Assembly (NCBI GenBank): GCA_903906305.1
Contig: CAIVJR010000003.1
Span: forward strand, 58,875-122,874
Direction: 5' to 3'
Origin: an uncultured bacterium
GTDB lineage: Bacteria > Patescibacteriota > Dojkabacteria > SC72
Length of the DNA stretch: 64,000 nt
The notes beneath the pieces were generated by a model that saw only the letters and a program-made list of their open reading frames with translations, was not told where the DNA came from and searched no databases. Positions 1 to 9,904 of the stretch are shown here, piece after piece. The stretch's first letter is position 1, and each line of letters begins with the position of its first letter. The position numbers and the translations under genes were made by a program.

Positions 1-3000
1 CCTCCAATGGGATGGACACAATATTCTGCACTTGATGGTTACTTTCCATATGGAGCTGCAGCATTTGGAACCGTGAATGGAGCTACAACACACAATCATG
101 CTATCGCTACGAAGACCTCTGGAGCCAGAATTGGTGCAGTAACCTGTGCAACCACAACCCCAACCACAAACAAACAAAGAGCACATACACATACCACACC
201 CGCAACAACTACTACTGATGTTTCTAACAATCCTCCATATATTGAAACCATATTCATACAAAAGAAAACCTCTCAATCCATAACCTTCAATGGAGAGGAA
301 ATGAAAAATGAGGCCCCAACAGCACCAACTGCACTTTACACAGAAGGTACGACAGACCCTAATAGAGTAATTGATTCAACCCCAGAATTCAGTGCAGTAT
401 TTAATGATCCTAATTCAATAGATTCTGCAAGTTACTATCAAATTCAAGTAAATACAGCTTCTGATTTTACTGGAACAATCATGTGGGATTCTACACAGAC
501 ATCACTTTCTCCAGAAGTTGCAACCGGTGTCAGATCGCAAGATATCTCATATGCGGGTTCTGCATTACAAGAAGGAGCAACATATTACTGGAGGATAATG
601 TTTTGGGATAATAATACGACGCAAGGAGTACTTTCAAGTCCATGGTCTGCAACCGCAGAATTTACAATGAATACAACACCAAACGCACCTACAGCCTTAC
701 TTACAGAAGGAGCAACCAATCCAAATAACGTGTCAGATCTTACTCCAGAATTTAGTGCAATATTTAGTGATCCTGATAGCACTGATACTGGGAATTTCTA
801 TCAAATAGAGGTTAATACCGCTTCAGATTTCACTGGTACTGTTATGTGGAATTCTACACAAACTGCATTAACACCTACGGTAGCAAATGGAGCAAGATCA
901 CAAGATATATCATATGCTGGTTCTGCACTACAAGAAGGAATTCTATACTATTGGAGGATAAGTTTCTGGGACAATGCTGGATCACAGAGTTCACTTTCAT
1001 CAACAGCACAATTCCTTATAAATACAGAACCAAATGCCCCTACAAGTCTACAAACAGAGGGTCTAACGAATCCAACAAACTTAACCGACTTCACGCCTGA
1101 TTTTAGTGCAATCTTTAGTGATCCAAATGCTTCAAATGTTGGAAGTCATTACCAGATAGAAGTAAGCTCAACCTCAGACTTCAGTGGAACCGCAATATGG
1201 GATTCTACTCAAACATCCTTAACACCAACAATAGTTAATGGAGCAAGATCACAGGATATCACATATGCAGGGCCTACTCTAAATGCATATTTTACTTACT
1301 ATTGGAGAATAAAATTCTGGGATAACCATGGTTTAGAAGGCGCATGGTCATCAACAGCTCAATTTAGTCTTGTTGTAACAACATGGCAAAATCCTAACTT
1401 ACAATACAAGATGCCTGTAATAGTAGCTAATACAACTGGTTCTACACTTACTAACGAAGATACTTTGATACAGGTAGATACAGCAACACTAATAGCTGCT
1501 GGAAAGATGCAGGCTGATTGTGATGATATTAGATTCTACGATGGAGATGATACTACTACTTTACAATATTGGGTGGAAGGGAAATGTAACACATCATCTA
1601 CACAGATATGGGTTAGAGTACCCTCTATACCAAATGGTGGAAAAACAATTTACATGTACTACGGAGATCCTACTGCAGTTAATGCAGCTCAATCATGGAG
1701 TGGAAATGTAATCATGTTTGCAGATGCTACATGTCCTACAGGATGGACGAGAGCAGCTGATTTAGATAACAAATTCCTTTACGGCGGAACTACATATGGG
1801 ACTACCGGAGGTGGTACAAGCCATACTCACAGTGATGCGATATGTACTTCTTCATCGATATCAACTACTAATATCGCAGGAACAATTGGAGGCGTATTAT
1901 CATCAACAACAATAACTCATACACATACAAGCTTAAGAGCTACACTACTTAGCGCTACTGTTGTTCCACCATATACAGGCATGGTGGCCTGTTACAGTAA
2001 TACCTTCCTCTTTTCTCAGGGATTGATTTCTATGTTCAATACAGATGCTCCTTCTGGATGGACGAGATTTTCAGCATTAGATAACAAATTCCCAGAGGCT
2101 ATGACTACATATGGATCCACAGGAGGAGCAAACACACATACTCATTCAACTACTACTGGATATACAACCGGAATAGCAAGTGCAACACAATCCGTAGCTC
2201 CTGTTTTTCAAGCTACTGGAGGAGCTATAACATACTCTGGTGGATATACTATACATACTTTTACCACAAGCGGAACATTTACACCTCCGGCCTCAAAAGC
2301 TGTCGACTTTTTGGTTGTTGGAGGTGGTGGAGCCGGAGGTTGGTCAACAGCTGACTGTCTTGGTGGTGGTGGTGGAGGAGGTGGTGGTGTACTATCTCAA
2401 TCAGGATATACTGTAAATGCACAGGCATACTCGATAACCGTCGGAGGACAAGGTGGAAGCTCAGTTTTCTCATCATTTACAGCAACTGGAGGAGGAGCCG
2501 GTGGAAACTACGGAGATGGGAATGGGTATGGAGGTGGAAGTGGAGGTGGAAGCATGGCAGCAAATAAAGCTCCAGGATCCGGAACTGCAGGGCAAGGAAA
2601 TGGTGGTGGATATGGATTTGGGGATATGGGATACACTTGTACAGGTGGTGGTGGTGGTGGTGGTGCCGGAGGAGGCGGTGGTGGTGCAGGAGGTTACAAC
2701 GCACCTGGTGGTGGTGGTGCAGGATTTACATCTAGCATTAGTGGTACAAGTCAAACCTATGCTGCAGGAGGAATGGGTGGTTATGCAAATGGAGGTGGTA
2801 CAAGTGCAAGTGGAGCAGCGAATACAGGAAACGGTGGAAATGGTGGAAATGGAATCGGTGGAGCCTATGGATCTGGCGGATCTGGAGTTGTAATAATCAG
2901 ATATCTTACCTCAACAGGTAGTGGTAATATGGCCTCAAGCACTCATACCCATCTTTCAGCTAGTGCAACTCCTTCAACAGTATCAAACCTTCCTCCATAT

Positions 3001-6000
3001 CTTGATATGGTATTTGCAAAAGCAAACACAGATCAATATGTAACTGGGAATAATATATTAATAACAAATGTAATACCTCCATTAGGATGGAATAGATTTA
3101 CTACGCTAGATAATAAATTTGCGAGAGGAGCTGTTACCTATGGTGGAAGTGGCGGTGCTACTACGCATGTTCATAGTACAAGTATAACTACTGGGGCTCC
3201 ATCTGCAACTATCGATGGAGGAGGAGCTGGGACAAACTATGCAGATTCCACACATACTCATTCCTGTGCAGTAGCCTCCGATACTGGCTCGAACATGCCA
3301 ACATACACAACCGTCATATATGCACAAAGAAAGACATCACAAACTACAACTTTTAGCTCAGAGCAATTAGGAAATATAGCTCCAAACGTTCCAACAAATC
3401 TTCTTACCGAAGGAACAACCAATCCAAGTGAGATAGAGGATACTACTCCAGAATTTAGTGCTATTTTCTCAGATCCTGATGTTACCGACTCAGGGATTGA
3501 ATACCAAATTCAAATAAATACAAACTCTAATTTTACTGGAGCTACAGTTTGGGATTCTAACCAAACAACTTTTACAACTGTAGCTAATGGAAACCGCTCT
3601 GAAGATATTTCATATTCAGGCCCAGCATTAAGTCCTTCATTCCCATACTACTGGAGAATTAGATTCTGGGACAACAGTGAGAAGGGAAGCAGAGTAAGTG
3701 AATGGTCATCAACAGCATCATTCTCCATAAAAACAACTACTTGGCAAATATTTGATGCTCCATACCGATTACCAATAATTGCAGCCAATACTTCAGGCTC
3801 AACACTTACTAATGAAGATGTGTTAGTTCAAATAGATACAGCTACCCTAATTGCAGCGGGGAAGATGCAAGCTGATTGTGATGATATTAGGTTCTACGAT
3901 GGTGATGATACTACTGCATTACAATATTGGGTGGAAGGAAAGTGTAATACTGATTCTACACAAATATGGGTTAGAGTTCCTTCATTACCAAATGGTGGAA
4001 AAACAATATATATGTACTATGGAGATCCAGCAGCTACAAATGGGGAAGAGGCATGGACAGGAAATGTAATCATGTTTGCAGATACTACATGTCCTACAGG
4101 ATGGACTAGGGCAGCAGATTTAGATAACAAATATCTTTACGGAGGAACTACATATGGAACCACTGGAGGAGGTACAAGTCATACTCACAGTGATGCAATA
4201 TGTACTTCTTCATCAATATCAACTACGAATATTGCTGGAACAATTGGAGGTGCACTCTCGGCTACAGCTACAACACATACACATACAAGTTTAAGAGCTA
4301 CATTACTCAGTGCTTCTGTAGTTCCTCCTTACACTGGTATGGTTGCTTGTTACAGTAATACATTCCTACTTTCCCAAGGACTAATCTCTATGTTTAACAC
4401 TACAACTCCATCTGGATGGACTAGATTCTCAGCATTGGATAGCAAGTTCCCAGAGGCTATGACTACATACGGATCTACAGGAGGAGCAGACACACATACT
4501 CATTCAACGACGACTGGATATACCACTGCTGGACCTAATGCTACTCAATCCGTAGCTCCTGCATTTCAAGTCACCGGAGGAACAATTAGTACATCAGGTT
4601 CATATACAATACATACGTTTACATCCAGTGGGACGCTTGGTGTTACAGGCTCTGGAACTGTGGATGTATTTGTAGTTGGCGGAGGTATTACTCCCGGAGG
4701 TACTACAGGAGGGAATGGTGGACAAGTTGTATACAATGCTTCATATTCTGTTTCCACCGGAGGTATTTCAGTTACAGTTGGAGGAGCAAATGCCAATTCT
4801 GCTTTTGGTGCTATTACAGCAACAGCAGGTGGGGGAGCTGCTGGTGGTGCAGGAGGAAATGGAGGTTCACGTAGATACGGTTTACCCGGAGCAGATGGAA
4901 CTCTCTCACCAATAGATGGCCTTTATTATGGTGGTGGTGGTGGTGGTGGTGCAGATGGAGATGGAGAATGGTGGGGCGGAGCAGGAGGAAATCGGGGTGG
5001 GGGCTCAGGGGGAAATCTTTTTTGGTATGAACCATGGAGTAAATTTGTTCCTGTCGCTGGGTCAGCTGGAACCGCTAATACTGGTGGCGGTGGTGGTGCC
5101 GGTGCATATCAAAGTTATTATGGACAAGCTGGTGGCGGAGCGGGAGGATCTGGCATTGTAGTAGTTAGATACCTAACAGTACAATCAGGAAGTGGAAGTA
5201 TGGCATCAAGTACACATACCCATACTTCAACAAGTTCGACTCCTTCTACAGTATCAAATCTACCCCCATATTTAGATATGGTATTCGCCAAAGCAAACAC
5301 AGACCAATATGTAACTGGGAATAATGTATTAATAACCTCCGTACTACCTCCTTTAGGGTGGGGTAGATTTACACCATTAGACAGCAAATTCACAAGAGGA
5401 TCCGCAACATATGGAACATCAGGTGGATCTACAACACACGTACATAGTACAAGTATAACAACAGGGGCTCCATCAGCCACGATTGATGGAGGTGGAACTG
5501 GAACAAACTACGCAGATGCCACACATACACATTCCTGTTCTGTAGCATCAGACACTGGATCAAACATGCCCCCATATACAACAGTCATATATGCTCAAAG
5601 AAAAACTTCACAAACAACAACTCCGGGAATAGAACAGATCGGAAATATAAAACCAGACAATCCTTCCGCTCTACTTGTAGAAGGATTATCCAATCCATTA
5701 AATGTAACAGATACTACACCTGAGTTCTCAGCAATATATACCGATGGAAATGTTGCCGATGTTGCTCGATACTATCAAATTCAAGTCAATACAACCTCTG
5801 ATTTTACTGGAACAACAAAATGGGACTCTACAAAAACAGAATATACCCCAGTTGTAACCAACGGGAATAGATCCCAAGACATATCATACGCAGGAACCTC
5901 TTTAGATGCAGGCACAACATACTACTGTAGAATTAAGTTTTGGGATAATAGCAGTTTCGGCGAAAAAGAGAGTGATTGGTCAGCTATCAATTCATTCATA

Positions 6001-6405
6001 ATGCAAGCGCCACCCAATACACCAACGGCACTCCAGACCAACAATATGGTTAATCCAACCGTATTAACTAAATCTCCTCCATCATTTACAGCATTGTACT
6101 CAGATGTAAATGAGGACAATGCTTCTGCCTACCAAATAGAAGTAAATACAAGTCCACTCTTTAACGGAACAGTAATGTGGGATTCTGGAAAGGTCGCTAC
6201 TACAATCGTAAGTGGGCAAAGATCTCCATCATATGAATACAATGGAACGCAATTAACAAACACTAATGCAACCCTTTACTGGCATATTAAATTCTGGGAT
6301 ACCATAGATGCTCCAAGTGAATGGTCTAATGTAGCACAATTCCAAGATACAGTAACACATACATATTATGAAGGATTGAAGCTAAATGGCCTAAAACTCG
6401 ATTAA
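1..6405 (+). CDS. Giant extracellular repeat protein, 5'-truncated at the window edge (frame from nt 7). FN3-like modules, DUF2341-like domain, phage tail-collar (MdpB)-like domains, Gly-rich blocks
   Basis: Continuous 2132-aa ORF with no start codon inside the window. Repeated ~115-aa modules each ending in YYWRI.FWDN. The block DCDDIRFYDGDD..QYWVEGKC..IWVRVP..GGKTIYMYYGDP resembles the DUF2341 consensus. Repeated P.GW.R...LD.KF..G.TYG..GG..THTHS and PPY...VIYAQ motifs resemble the phage tail collar domain. Long GGGGAGG low-complexity stretches. Confidence 0.8.
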   Translation, partial: PPMGWTQYSALDGYFPYGAAAFGTVNGATTHNHAIATKTSGARIGAVTCATTTPTTNKQRAHTHTTPATTTTDVSNNPPYIETIFIQKKTSQSITFNGEEMKNEAPTAPTALYTEGTTDPNRVIDSTPEFSAVFNDPNSIDSASYYQIQVNTASDFTGTIMWDSTQTSLSPEVATGVRSQDISYAGSALQEGATYYWRIMFWDNNTTQGVLSSPWSATAEFTMNTTPNAPTALLTEGATNPNNVSDLTPEFSAIFSDPDSTDTGNFYQIEVNTASDFTGTVMWNSTQTALTPTVANGARSQDISYAGSALQEGILYYWRISFWDNAGSQSSLSSTAQFLINTEPNAPTSLQTEGLTNPTNLTDFTPDFSAIFSDPNASNVGSHYQIEVSSTSDFSGTAIWDSTQTSLTPTIVNGARSQDITYAGPTLNAYFTYYWRIKFWDNHGLEGAWSSTAQFSLVVTTWQNPNLQYKMPVIVANTTGSTLTNEDTLIQVDTATLIAAGKMQADCDDIRFYDGDDTTTLQYWVEGKCNTSSTQIWVRVPSIPNGGKTIYMYYGDPTAVNAAQSWSGNVIMFADATCPTGWTRAADLDNKFLYGGTTYGTTGGGTSHTHSDAICTSSSISTTNIAGTIGGVLSSTTITHTHTSLRATLLSATVVPPYTGMVACYSNTFLFSQGLISMFNTDAPSGWTRFSALDNKFPEAMTTYGSTGGANTHTHSTTTGYTTGIASATQSVAPVFQATGGAITYSGGYTIHTFTTSGTFTPPASKAVDFLVVGGGGAGGWSTADCLGGGGGGGGGVLSQSGYTVNAQAYSITVGGQGGSSVFSSFTATGGGAGGNYGDGNGYGGGSGGGSMAANKAPGSGTAGQGNGGGYGFGDMGYTCTGGGGGGGAGGGGGGAGGYNAPGGGGAGFTSSISGTSQTYAAGGMGGYANGGGTSASGAANTGNGGNGGNGIGGAYGSGGSGVVIIRYLTSTGSGNMASSTHTHLSASATPSTVSNLPPYLDMVFAKANTDQYVTGNNILITNVIPPLGWNRFTTLDNKFARGAVTYGGSGGATTHVHSTSITTGAPSATIDGGGAGTNYADSTHTHSCAVASDTGSNMPTYTTVIYAQRKTSQTTTFSSEQLGNIAPNVPTNLLTEGTTNPSEIEDTTPEFSAIFSDPDVTDSGIEYQIQINTNSNFTGATVWDSNQTTFTTVANGNRSEDISYSGPALSPSFPYYWRIRFWDNSEKGSRVSEWSSTASFSIKTTTWQIFDAPYRLPIIAANTSGSTLTNEDVLVQIDTATLIAAGKMQADCDDIRFYDGDDTTALQYWVEGKCNTDSTQIWVRVPSLPNGGKTIYMYYGDPAATNGEEAWTGNVIMFADTTCPTGWTRAADLDNKYLYGGTTYGTTGGGTSHTHSDAICTSSSISTTNIAGTIGGALSATATTHTHTSLRATLLSASVVPPYTGMVACYSNTFLLSQGLISMFNTTTPSGWTRFSALDSKFPEAMTTYGSTGGADTHTHSTTTGYTTAGPNATQSVAPAFQVTGGTISTSGSYTIHTFTSSGTLGVTGSGTVDVFVVGGGITPGGTTGGNGGQVVYNASYSVSTGGISVTVGGANANSAFGAITATAGGGAAGGAGGNGGSRRYGLPGADGTLSPIDGLYYGGGGGGGADGDGEWWGGAGGNRGGGSGGNLFWYEPWSKFVPVAGSAGTANTGGGGGAGAYQSYYGQAGGGAGGSGIVVVRYLTVQSGSGSMASSTHTHTSTSSTPSTVSNLPPYLDMVFAKANTDQYVTGNNVLITSVLPPLGWGRFTPLDSKFTRGSATYGTSGGSTTHVHSTSITTGAPSATIDGGGTGTNYADATHTHSCSVASDTGSNMPPYTTVIYAQRKTSQTTTPGIEQIGNIKPDNPSALLVEGLSNPLNVTDTTPEFSAIYTDGNVADVARYYQIQVNTTSDFTGTTKWDSTKTEYTPVVTNGNRSQDISYAGTSLDAGTTYYCRIKFWDNSSFGEKESDWSAINSFIMQAPPNTPTALQTNNMVNPTVLTKSPPSFTALYSDVNEDNASAYQIEVNTSPLFNGTVMWDSGKVATTIVSGQRSPSYEYNGTQLTNTNATLYWHIKFWDTIDAPSEWSNVAQFQDTVTHTYYEGLKLNGLKLD
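319..1377 (+). repeat. Three tandem ~345-nt coding repeats, each an FN3-like module
   Basis: Protein blocks NAPTAL.TEG.TNP...TPEFSA.F.DP....YQI.VNT.SDFTGT..WDSTQT.L.P....G.RSQDI.YAG..L....YYWRI.FWDN occur three times in succession. Confidence 0.7.
1378..3735 (+). repeat. Super-repeat unit A (~2358 nt) inside the giant gene
   Basis: The protein segment TTWQNPNLQYKMPVIVANTTGS...through the FN3 module is repeated almost verbatim starting at nt 3736. Blocks longer than 30 aa are identical between the two copies, e.g. AAGKMQADCDDIRFYDGDDTT and CPTGWTRAADLDNK.LYGGTTYGTTGGGTSHTHSDAICTSSSISTTNIAGTIGG. Confidence 0.75.
3736..6010 (+). repeat. Super-repeat unit B, with a diverged Gly-rich core and tail FN3 modules
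   Basis: Same domain order as unit A, at a period of 2358 nt. The first ~320 nt of the window match the end of a preceding third copy (PLGW..F..LD.KF.RG..TYG..GG.TTH.HS ... NMP.YTTVIYAQRKTSQ). Confidence 0.7.
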
Positions 6406-6424
6406 TTGTAGTATAATACATGCC

Positions 6425-7183
6425 ATGAGTTTAAAAATAGAGTCATTCAAAAAAATAAGAAAAGATAAAAAGAAGTGGAAAGTCGAAACTCCTGAAGAAT
6501 TCGAGGAGCGAGAAGATACATTTCTTAAAAAACGATTACTAGGTAAAGAGCCTACAATTAACACATTTGTACGAATAACGGGTGGCAAAGCTAAAAACTA
6601 TAGAATCGATATACCTAAGACAACAAGACCACTAACTGACAGAATGAAAGTGAGAATCTTCGATATATTAAGAGAAGATGTAGTAAACAAAAAAGTCTTA
6701 GATCTCTATGCAGGAGCAGGCTCATTTGCCCTAGAAGCACTCTCAAGAGGAGCAAGTGAAGCAACAGTAGTAGATGCATCTAAAAATGCAGAATTTGTAC
6801 TCAAAAGAAATGTCGCATACACAGGTTTCTTACCACAAGTAGATATCATTAAAGCTAAGGCTGAAGAATATCTCTTTAAACAAATCAACGATGAAGAAAG
6901 ACAGTCATTTGATATCGTCTTCATGGATCCCCCATACAAACTTTACAACACAAAGAACCTTTTCAAAATGGAAAGAGTTATAAATATGGCAGCACAAATG
7001 TTAAATGGTGTTATGGACCCACAAACGAAGGAATTTAAAGGTACACTCATAGTCAAACATCCAAGAAGATACCCATTAGAAAAATTAACACTAGTTGGGA
7101 TAAAGAAATTAGAAACAGTAGAAATTGGACTAAATTCAATTTCATTCTTCATAGTAGATAACACATTGCAAAAAGAAAGCTAA
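6425..7183 (+). CDS. rsmD: 16S rRNA (guanine966-N2)-methyltransferase RsmD
   Basis: RsmD-type N-terminus followed by the LDLYAGAGSFALEALSRGA SAM-binding motif and the DPPY catalytic motif (FMDPPYKL). Confidence 0.85.
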   Translation: MSLKIESFKKIRKDKKKWKVETPEEFEEREDTFLKKRLLGKEPTINTFVRITGGKAKNYRIDIPKTTRPLTDRMKVRIFDILREDVVNKKVLDLYAGAGSFALEALSRGASEATVVDASKNAEFVLKRNVAYTGFLPQVDIIKAKAEEYLFKQINDEERQSFDIVFMDPPYKLYNTKNLFKMERVINMAAQMLNGVMDPQTKEFKGTLIVKHPRRYPLEKLTLVGIKKLETVEIGLNSISFFIVDNTLQKES

Positions 7184-7333
7184 AAATATAGAATAACAAT
7201 ATGTACAAAATATACGGAATCAATAAAAACATCCTCTGCCGAATCGTTTATACCACACGAACCTTTTAAAAATGTCGCTTGTACTTTTTCCCAAAAGAAA
7301 AACCCTTTAAATTAAGATATACTAAACATAGAT

Positions 7334-9100
7334 ATGAATAAGGAAAATATTGAAAAATTAGAAAGAATGAGGCATTCAGCCTCCCATGTATTAGCTCAGG
7401 CCGTTTTGAAACTATATCCTGATGCAAAATTAGGCATTGGCCCCGCAATAGATAACGGTTTCTACTATGATTTTGAATTCTCCGAGCCAATAACAGAAGA
7501 AGATCTCCCAGCAATAGAAAAGGAGATGAAAAATATAATCAAACAAAATCTTCCAATCGTCCAGGTCTTTATGAAGCGAAAAGAAGGTGTAGATTACCTT
7601 ACAAAAACTGGTCAAACCTACAAATTAGAATTACTTGAAGATATTCCTGACGAAGATTTAAGCTTCTTCATAACTGGAGAAAATGAATACGCAGACCTCT
7701 GTAGAGGACCACATATTGAAAGCACAAAGCAGATTGGTGTTGTGAAGCTATTAAAAACCGCTGGTGCATATTGGAGAGGTGATGAAAAGAAAAAAATGTT
7801 AACCAGAATATATGGAACCGCATTTGAAACTAAAGAAGAGCTCAAAGCATTCTTAGAATTACAGGCAGAATCAGAGCGAAGAAATCATAGAACACTTGGA
7901 AAACAGTTAAAGCTGTTTGCAATAATTCCTGAAATAGGACAAGGCCTACCAGTATGGTTACCAAGAGGATACAGAATGAGAAGAATTCTTGAAGAATATA
8001 TGTTGGATCTTGAAAGAGATGCAGGATATGAGCATATCTTAACTCCACATATTAATAGAGAAGAGCTTTTCAAAATATCCGGTCACCTTGGTTTCTACAA
8101 AGATTCTATGTATCCACCAATTGATATTGATGGCGAAAGATACTATCTAAAACCAATGAATTGTCCTGCAGGCATAATGGTCTACAAACTAGAGCCAAAG
8201 AGCTACAGAGATTTGCCATACAAGCTTGGCGAGTTTGGAACAGTATATAGATATGAGAAATCAGGCGAATTACATGGATTACAAAGAGTAAGAGGATTTA
8301 CACAAAATGATGCGCATATCTTCTGCACAGAAGAACAGTTAGAAAGCTCAATTGATGAGATTTTAGATCTTTTAGATACCTTCTACAAAGATGTTGGATT
8401 TGATAAATACAAATTTAGACTCTCTATTTCTGATTGGGATAAGAAAAAAGATCATTATGCTGGAGATCAAGCAAAATGGATATTAGCTGAAGAAACTTTA
8501 AGAAAAGTTTTAAAGAATAGAGGACTTGAATACGAAGAAATAGCTGGAGAAGCTGCATTCTACGGACCAAAGATTGACGTACAAGCTTACAATGTCTTTG
8601 GAAAAGAAGATTCCGTTTCCACCATACAGTTGGATTTCAATCTCCCTGAAAGATTTGATATTAAATATATAGATGAAAACGGAGAAGAGAAACAACCATA
8701 TATGATTCATAGAGCATTGCTAGGATCCTTTGAAAGATTCTTCTCATTCCTCATTGAACATCATGGTGGAGACTTCCCACTCTGGTTTACACCAGAGCAG
8801 GTATATGTCATTCCTATCTCTGAAAAGCATAGAGAATATTCTGACAATGTATACAAAGATCTTAAGAATGCAAAACTTAGAGTAAAACTAGATGACAGGA
8901 ACAAAAGTATGCAATCCAAGATTAGAGATGCAGAAAAGATGAAGATCCCTTACATCGTAATCATTGGAGACAAAGAGATGGAAACTGAGACAATATCAAT
9001 CCGAACCAGAAAAACTAAAGACCAAGGATTGATGAAGGTTCAAGAATTCATAGATACCCTTAAGGAAGAAATCCGAACGAAGGGTAATCCCACAAATTAA
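7334..9100 (+). CDS. thrS: Threonyl-tRNA synthetase. N2 editing domain present, N-terminal TGS domain absent
   Basis: RHSASHVLAQAV...GIGPAIDNGFYYDF (editing-domain HxxxH). Class II core with KPMNCP, FYGPKIDV and HRALLGSFERF. Followed by infC-rpmI-rplT as in the conserved operon. Confidence 0.92.
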   Translation: MNKENIEKLERMRHSASHVLAQAVLKLYPDAKLGIGPAIDNGFYYDFEFSEPITEEDLPAIEKEMKNIIKQNLPIVQVFMKRKEGVDYLTKTGQTYKLELLEDIPDEDLSFFITGENEYADLCRGPHIESTKQIGVVKLLKTAGAYWRGDEKKKMLTRIYGTAFETKEELKAFLELQAESERRNHRTLGKQLKLFAIIPEIGQGLPVWLPRGYRMRRILEEYMLDLERDAGYEHILTPHINREELFKISGHLGFYKDSMYPPIDIDGERYYLKPMNCPAGIMVYKLEPKSYRDLPYKLGEFGTVYRYEKSGELHGLQRVRGFTQNDAHIFCTEEQLESSIDEILDLLDTFYKDVGFDKYKFRLSISDWDKKKDHYAGDQAKWILAEETLRKVLKNRGLEYEEIAGEAAFYGPKIDVQAYNVFGKEDSVSTIQLDFNLPERFDIKYIDENGEEKQPYMIHRALLGSFERFFSFLIEHHGGDFPLWFTPEQVYVIPISEKHREYSDNVYKDLKNAKLRVKLDDRNKSMQSKIRDAEKMKIPYIVIIGDKEMETETISIRTRKTKDQGLMKVQEFIDTLKEEIRTKGNPTN

Positions 9101-9130
9101 TATATTTAAATTTAAAAATACAAAAATTTA

Positions 9131-9724
9131 ATGGGATATAGTGAGAACAATAACAGTAATTACAATAAAGGACAGTTCGTTAAGAAGGATTTAGGTCCTA
9201 GAAAGAACGAATGGATCCGAGTACCTGAGGTACAATTAATCGGTGCTGAAGGAGAAAACTTAGGAGTGGTAGAAACTCCAAAAGCAATGATATTAGCACA
9301 AGAGGCAGGTTTAGATCTAGTAGAGGTAGGCGCAACTGCAAAACCACCTGTATGCAAAATTATGGATTTCTCCAAGTTTGTATACCAACAAAACAAGAAG
9401 AAAAAGGCAACATTAGTGAGCTCAAAGATGAAAGAACAGAAGGAATTTAGATTTACACCAGTCATGGATATTGGAGATACAAGCCACAGAATCAAGCGAG
9501 CACAAGAATTTTTAGAGAAAGGACACCCAGTTAAGCTCACAATGGTCAAGAAAGGGAGACAATCCAAGGAAATAGCTCAATCAGTTTTTGCTGAAATATT
9601 GACTAATTTCGCAGATTATAGTAGTATCGAAGCCGAACCAAAGATGGAGAATAACCGTATATCTTTAACATTCAGACAAAATGGCAAGACAAAAAACAAA
9701 CAAAACAGCGAAGAAGAGAATTAG
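9131..9724 (+). CDS. infC: Translation initiation factor IF-3
   Basis: EVQLIGAEGENLGVV..AQEAGLDLVEV..AKPPVCKIMDFSKF matches the IF3 N- and C-domains. Sits in the thrS-infC-rpmI-rplT context. Confidence 0.9.
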   Translation: MGYSENNNSNYNKGQFVKKDLGPRKNEWIRVPEVQLIGAEGENLGVVETPKAMILAQEAGLDLVEVGATAKPPVCKIMDFSKFVYQQNKKKKATLVSSKMKEQKEFRFTPVMDIGDTSHRIKRAQEFLEKGHPVKLTMVKKGRQSKEIAQSVFAEILTNFADYSSIEAEPKMENNRISLTFRQNGKTKNKQNSEEEN

Positions 9725-9893
9725 GCTATCTAACCCAAGAGGGAACAGACCAGCTAAACTTAGATACAAACAGAGTTGCCAAGGTCACTTAAAGACTAAA
9801 AGGTCCTCTAGATCTAAGAGAAGACAGAAATCAAATGCAATCATAACTGGTGCAAATGAGAAGAAAATGATTCGAAAAGTAATTAATCTGTAG
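9681..9893 (+). CDS. rpmI: 50S ribosomal protein L35
   Basis: Basic 70-aa protein MARQKTNKTAKKRIRLS..., an L35-like N-terminus. Overlaps the infC 3' end by 44 nt in another frame. Confidence 0.8.
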   Translation: MARQKTNKTAKKRIRLSNPRGNRPAKLRYKQSCQGHLKTKRSSRSKRRQKSNAIITGANEKKMIRKVINL

Positions 9894-9904
9894 AAATATA
9901 AGTC

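Noticed and set aside
2279-5480. Multiple antisense/out-of-frame ORFs inside the giant gene (e.g. 2453-2893, 2473-2754, 2477-2704, 4566-4796, 4814-5035, 5118-5480)
   Set aside because: They lie within the GC- and Gly-rich low-complexity part of a long, clearly coding frame. Their translations are homopolymeric (H/V/L/P runs), typical of spurious ORFs opposite GGN-rich coding sequence.
319-6010. Periodic repeats that might be read as a CRISPR array or a mobile-element terminal repeat
   Set aside because: The repeat periods (~345 nt and ~2358 nt) are multiples of three and lie within one uninterrupted reading frame. There are no short direct repeats with unique spacers. These are protein-domain repeats.
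9160-9567. 135-aa ORF antisense to infC
   Set aside because: It fully overlaps the well-supported infC gene on the opposite strand and has no recognisable features.
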